Source: Nitrosospira multiformis ATCC 25196
Lineage (GTDB): Bacteria > Pseudomonadota > Gammaproteobacteria > Burkholderiales > Nitrosomonadaceae
NCBI RefSeq assembly: GCF_000196355.1
Contig: NC_007614.1
Coordinates: 2,010,001-2,042,000 of the forward strand
Reading direction: 5' to 3'
DNA length: 32,000 bases
The notes beneath the pieces are model-generated. The model was given only the letters and a program-made list of their open reading frames with translations. It was not told the DNA's origin and ran no database searches. A program made the translations under genes and the position numbers. This document shows positions 28,549 through 32,000 of the stretch, one piece after another (positions within the stretch are counted from its first letter, which is position 1; each line of letters begins with the position of its first letter).

Positions 28549-28669
28549 CTGCTGGCAGAAGGATTTATGCGCGTCCCCGCATTTTTCTCGCACAAATACT
28601 CAAACAGCGATGACAATGTGCAGGCGATGCCGAATGGTCGCGCCTTCAATTCCCTGTGCTTTATTTAAG

Positions 28670-29212
28670 TCATCCTGCCGCGTTGCAGGGCGCGGAATGA
28701 TGTTTAACAAAAATAAGCTTCTCTGTATTAAAACCCAGCTTATTTGACTCTCTGATGAATTTTTTCAAAACTTCCTCTTGGACATGAGGAGTTCTCGCCA
28801 GAAGCCAAAGGTAGTTTCGATCCGGTCCAGTCACAAACGAATACTGATAGGCGGCCTTATCCAGATCAAACACCACATACGAGGCATAGAAAGGACCAAA
28901 AAAGGAAACCTTGAGATATCCAATGTCCGCTGTTGTTGCGGGGTAAGCTCTCCCCTTTGCTACGCGCCACTTGCCTTTCTCGACATCACACCCGCGGTTT
29001 ACTACGTCAATGCCTCCGTCATCGCGCGAACCGTAGCTTGCTGTTACGTCACTTAAGCCACTTTCGAAGGAATGCTCGAGCCGAGCAATTTCGTACCAAA
29101 CTCCTTGATAGCGACCGATGTCAAAGTCTGTGACTGGAGTAACTCCTTTTGGGATTCCTCCGCACGCCGCAAGCATCGCTGCTATTACCCAAGCTAATGA
29201 TATTTTCTTCAC
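28670..29212 (-). CDS. blc: Lipocalin family lipoprotein (Blc-like)
   Basis: Possible GTG start giving (M)KKISLAWVIAAMLAACGG lipobox; VTDFDIGRYQGVWYEIARLEHSFESGLSDVTASYG...YLKVSFFGPFYASYVVFDLD...RNYLWLLARTP. The track starts this ORF at 29260. Confidence 0.92.
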   Translation of the reverse strand: MKKISLAWVIAAMLAACGGIPKGVTPVTDFDIGRYQGVWYEIARLEHSFESGLSDVTASYGSRDDGGIDVVNRGCDVEKGKWRVAKGRAYPATTADIGYLKVSFFGPFYASYVVFDLDKAAYQYSFVTGPDRNYLWLLARTPHVQEEVLKKFIRESNKLGFNTEKLIFVKHHSAPCNAAG

Positions 29213-29378
29213 GTTCAAAAAGATTTGTAACAATCGTCCCTCGGGCAGCAGCGTTTTCAACAGATCGATTTTCCATTCAGCTTATGGTTCAGCTTATGGA
29301 TTTGCTTTAGTTCGGAGTGGAGTGGCTAGTACGGTACGGGGTATCGAGCGGGCAATCCATTGTCATCTGGTTTCAAGA

Positions 29379-29837
29379 TTAGAAGCTATTCTTGAGCGAG
29401 GCAAGGCGTCCGCTCAGCCGTTCGATCTCCTTTTCTTTCAGAACCTGAGTGGTTATATCGTACTGAACCCCTAAATAGTAGAGAACCTTTCCTTGCGAGT
29501 CGAACAGGGGGATAATTTTCAGATGATTGTAAAATAGCTCTCCGTTTTTACGATAATTTCTGAGGGTGACTTCGATCGGCTCCTTGTTTGTTATCGCCGT
29601 CCGGATTTGCGATCTCTCTTCCTGTTCCCGGTCTGTACCTTGCAAAAACCGGCAATTCTTTCCGATAGTTTCTTCCTGGGTATATCCCGTCATGTCTGCA
29701 AACGCCTTATTTGCATAGACGAGGGGCAAATCTTCCATATCAGGATCCGCCAAGGTCACTCCATTGACACAAGAATCGAGTATGGTGCAGAGAACTCGGG
29801 GAATTAACCCAGGATCTTTATCATCAATGAAAAGCAT
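29379..29837 (-). CDS. Short LOV (PAS) domain protein, putative blue-light photoreceptor
   Basis: LVYANKAFADMTGYTQEETIGKNCRFLQGTDREQEERSQIRTAITNKEPIEVTLRNYRKNGELFYNHLKIIPLFDSQGKVLYYLGVQYDIT; GxNCRFLQ motif; AGGAGG Shine-Dalgarno. Confidence 0.93.
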   Translation of the reverse strand: MLFIDDKDPGLIPRVLCTILDSCVNGVTLADPDMEDLPLVYANKAFADMTGYTQEETIGKNCRFLQGTDREQEERSQIRTAITNKEPIEVTLRNYRKNGELFYNHLKIIPLFDSQGKVLYYLGVQYDITTQVLKEKEIERLSGRLASLKNSF

Positions 29838-29908
29838 CGGGGCCTCCTATCTTGTCCCCCGCCACTCATATTAAAGCCCAGTCCAATGGGCAGTGAGCGG
29901 CAGGAATA

Positions 29909-30379
29909 TTAACAACGCGCTTCCACCAGTCTTTTTATATTTCTCACTGTCTCTTCCGTACCTTCCTGGATCGCTATACGAATCAGTTTTTCAAACGGTC
30001 TCATATATACATCAAGGCTGAGGAGCTCGAAAGTAAAAATAATACGGCTTGCAGAGGTGGGGGTAACGGGCTCGAAAAGGTAATCGCACCGATACGGATT
30101 AGAAACGCCCTCAAAGCAAACGTGCCGACCTAGCTGAAATACTGTAACCCTGAATGTAGACTCCGAGCGCCTCCCCTGATCGATACGAACTTGACGACAC
30201 GTCGTTCCTATTCGCACCGGTCCATCCGTCAACGGAATCAACTCTACAACTTCCCGCGACCACTTGGGATAGTTCACGAGTAAATTAGGGCCAACAAAAT
30301 CGAAAACTTCTGTGGCCGGCCGCTGGATCACGGCGTCAGCTTTACCTGCCACGGGGGTGTCCTTAAGCAAACCGAACAT
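29909..30379 (-). CDS. SRPBCC family protein
   Basis: ADAVIQRPATEVFDFVGPNLLVNYPKWSREVVELIPLTDGPVRIGTTCRQVRIDQGRRSESTFRVTVFQ...FTFELL: START/Bet v1-like pattern. Confidence 0.78.
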   Translation of the reverse strand: MFGLLKDTPVAGKADAVIQRPATEVFDFVGPNLLVNYPKWSREVVELIPLTDGPVRIGTTCRQVRIDQGRRSESTFRVTVFQLGRHVCFEGVSNPYRCDYLFEPVTPTSASRIIFTFELLSLDVYMRPFEKLIRIAIQEGTEETVRNIKRLVEARC

Positions 30380-30478
30380 AAAACTGACTCCGCTGTGTAA
30401 TATCGATCAACTCCATTTCCACCCCAGTGAGTAACTCAGGACTGGCCGAAGCTTCCCCATATGGTAATTTCGTCAGAA

Positions 30479-31273
30479 TTATGTAAGACAGGGGAGATAA
30501 GCTTCTATCATTGCAGATGACCCGGCAATAATCCCCTTCGAATGGATCGTCCATTCCATGCCCTCGTAATCAACCACTTTTCCTCCCGACACCCTCACCA
30601 TGCAGACACCTGCAACCATATCTGCCGCTTTGGTCGAAGGACGAAAAAACAGGTCGAGCCTTCCCGCTGCCACTTCGGCCAGCGATAAAACAGGAACTCC
30701 CAATACTTTTACTGCGCGCGCCTGTTGCAATATACGCGAAAGCTGCCCAAGTGTTTCCGGGCGCGTATGCATTTCAGAGGAAAAATCGAGTCCCACAACC
30801 GCGTTTGCCGGTTCGGGCGAACTCCTTACCCGGGTAACTTCTCCATTTATTTTTAGCTGATGTTCTTCCTGTGCGCTATATAAGGTGTCATGGATGGGAT
30901 CGTAAATGACGCCGAGAACAGGTTTTCCGTTGCGTAGAAGCCCGATGGAGACGGCAAGAAGTGGCGGATATCCCGTCATGTTTTCAGTCCCATCCAACGG
31001 ATCGACGACCCACTGGTCGCCCTGCTCGATAATGATTCCCCCGCTCTCTTCTCCATAAAAATGGCACGGGTGGAGTTTTAGAAGCGTTTCTTTCAGGAAT
31101 TGTTCGGATTCTCTGTCCGCAATGGTTACCACCTGCCGCCGGGACTTGAATTCACACCCCACACCTCGAGTATAGTGCGCTCTGATAATGCTCCCGGCTG
31201 ACCTTGCCACTTGCTCTATATCTTCTATAGGAAAGTCGTGCTGGGCGAAGCTTTTAAGCTTGAGGTTTTCCAT
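30479..31273 (-). CDS. Inositol monophosphatase family protein (CysQ-like)
   Basis: FYGEESGG...QWVVDPLDGTENMTGYPPLLAVSIGLLRNGKPVLGVIYDP...KAADMVAGVCMVRVSGGKVVDYEG. Confidence 0.88.
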   Translation of the reverse strand: MENLKLKSFAQHDFPIEDIEQVARSAGSIIRAHYTRGVGCEFKSRRQVVTIADRESEQFLKETLLKLHPCHFYGEESGGIIIEQGDQWVVDPLDGTENMTGYPPLLAVSIGLLRNGKPVLGVIYDPIHDTLYSAQEEHQLKINGEVTRVRSSPEPANAVVGLDFSSEMHTRPETLGQLSRILQQARAVKVLGVPVLSLAEVAAGRLDLFFRPSTKAADMVAGVCMVRVSGGKVVDYEGMEWTIHSKGIIAGSSAMIEAYLPCLT

Positions 31274-31279
31274 ACGCGC

Positions 31280-32000
31280 TCATAACACCAGCTCTTTCGG
31301 AATATCGAAATTTCTGTTGACTACAGTGGTTGGTGCTTCCTGATGGTAGGCCCCGGAGGGGATAAGACCACAGCCGCCGTAGCGCTTCATGACTCTCAAC
31401 TGTGCAAGAACGTCTTCACCCGCATGTTCTTGCGGCACCTCCCGCCAGAATTCGAACCCGCCGGTTTCCCGCAATTTTTCGGTGTCATACAGCACGCAGC
31501 CTCCCACCCAGGCGACCTTGTATTTCTTTTGCGTGTCGGGGGTCAGTTTCAGTTTTTCCTGCACATGCAGGATATTGGCTGCATTATGCAGGCTATAACG
31601 CTGCCAATTCGCATGCTGGGGAGTAACGATCTCGGGCTCGACGCGCCCGTGCCATAGCTCTATCGCCTGTTCCGAAGGGCGGCAATCGTCCCGATATGAC
31701 AACCCGATGACTGCCTGCCCGACAAATCCGATCTCTTCTTCCCGATGCGCCTGCAGCATGTTTCCCAGAACGAAAGATTCCAGCAGAATGTCATCGTCGA
31801 GGTAAAGACAGTATGACGAATCGATCGTATCCAGCAGGAATTGCCGTTGTTGGGCCAGGCCGCGACGCGGCAGATTGGTCAGCTGCTGAACCGCATGGCC
31901 TTTTTTTTCCAGCAGGCGGATTGCTGTCTGCACAGAGGCATCCCTATAGACTGGGAGATCGCTCTGGTCGGAGATAACGACAGCAAAATCCTGGTGTTGC
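31280..32000 (-). CDS. Glycosyltransferase family 2-like protein, N-terminus truncated by window edge
   Basis: The track ORF starts at a GTG (31933), but the frame stays open to the edge (QHQDFAVVISDQSDLPVYRDAS-VQTAIRLLEKKGHAVQQLTNLPRRGLAQQRQFLLDTIDSSYCLYLDDDILLE...). The DDD motif and 'NLPRRGLAQQRQFLL' fit GT-A glycosyltransferases. Confidence 0.82.
   Translation of the reverse strand, partial: QHQDFAVVISDQSDLPVYRDASVQTAIRLLEKKGHAVQQLTNLPRRGLAQQRQFLLDTIDSSYCLYLDDDILLESFVLGNMLQAHREEEIGFVGQAVIGLSYRDDCRPSEQAIELWHGRVEPEIVTPQHANWQRYSLHNAANILHVQEKLKLTPDTQKKYKVAWVGGCVLYDTEKLRETGGFEFWREVPQEHAGEDVLAQLRVMKRYGGCGLIPSGAYHQEAPTTVVNRNFDIPKELVL

Noticed and set aside
1-32000. CRISPR arrays, tRNA/rRNA genes, phage or defence islands
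   Set aside because: No regularly spaced repeats, cloverleaf-like segments, integrase/transposase or known defence-protein motifs were seen by eye; a tRNAscan, minCED and DefenseFinder run would be needed for certainty.

Overview
This 32 kb window looks like an ordinary betaproteobacterial chromosome segment, probably from a Nitrosospira/Nitrosomonas-like ammonia oxidiser. That taxonomic guess comes from gene content and protein style only and was not tested. In order it contains: an edge-truncated DUF202/YidH-like gene; pdxJ-acpS-nagZ; an Hsp20 gene; a DUF4139-type protein; a 902-aa fused GT2/GtrA/ArnT-like glycosyltransferase; a small exported protein resembling the TIGR04073 exosortase-associated family; a phosphotransferase/ecdysteroid-kinase-like gene; a DsbA-family gene; typA/bipA; a ComEA-like helix-hairpin-helix protein; a putative outer-membrane beta-barrel; a minus-strand block coxB-coxA-small ORF-coxC-Rrf2-fnr; a TetR-like regulator; DUF2795; three glycosyltransferases; a YbhB/PEBP protein; a Blc lipocalin; a short LOV protein; an SRPBCC protein; an inositol-monophosphatase-family protein; and an edge-truncated glycosyltransferase. 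I found no tRNA, rRNA, CRISPR array, IS element or prophage. The observations most worth a second look are: (1) an FNR-type regulator and a 3-Cys Rrf2 regulator directly behind the caa3-like oxidase genes, with an FNR-box-like palindrome upstream of coxB; (2) a complete short LOV photoreceptor next to lipocalin and SRPBCC genes; (3) several microprotein ORFs below the 60-aa limit of the supplied track, including a possible stop/start-coupled pair; (4) a 17-bp palindrome upstream of the TetR-like gene; (5) a possible in-frame repeat-derived insertion in a GT9 gene. I do not claim a demonstrated new system.
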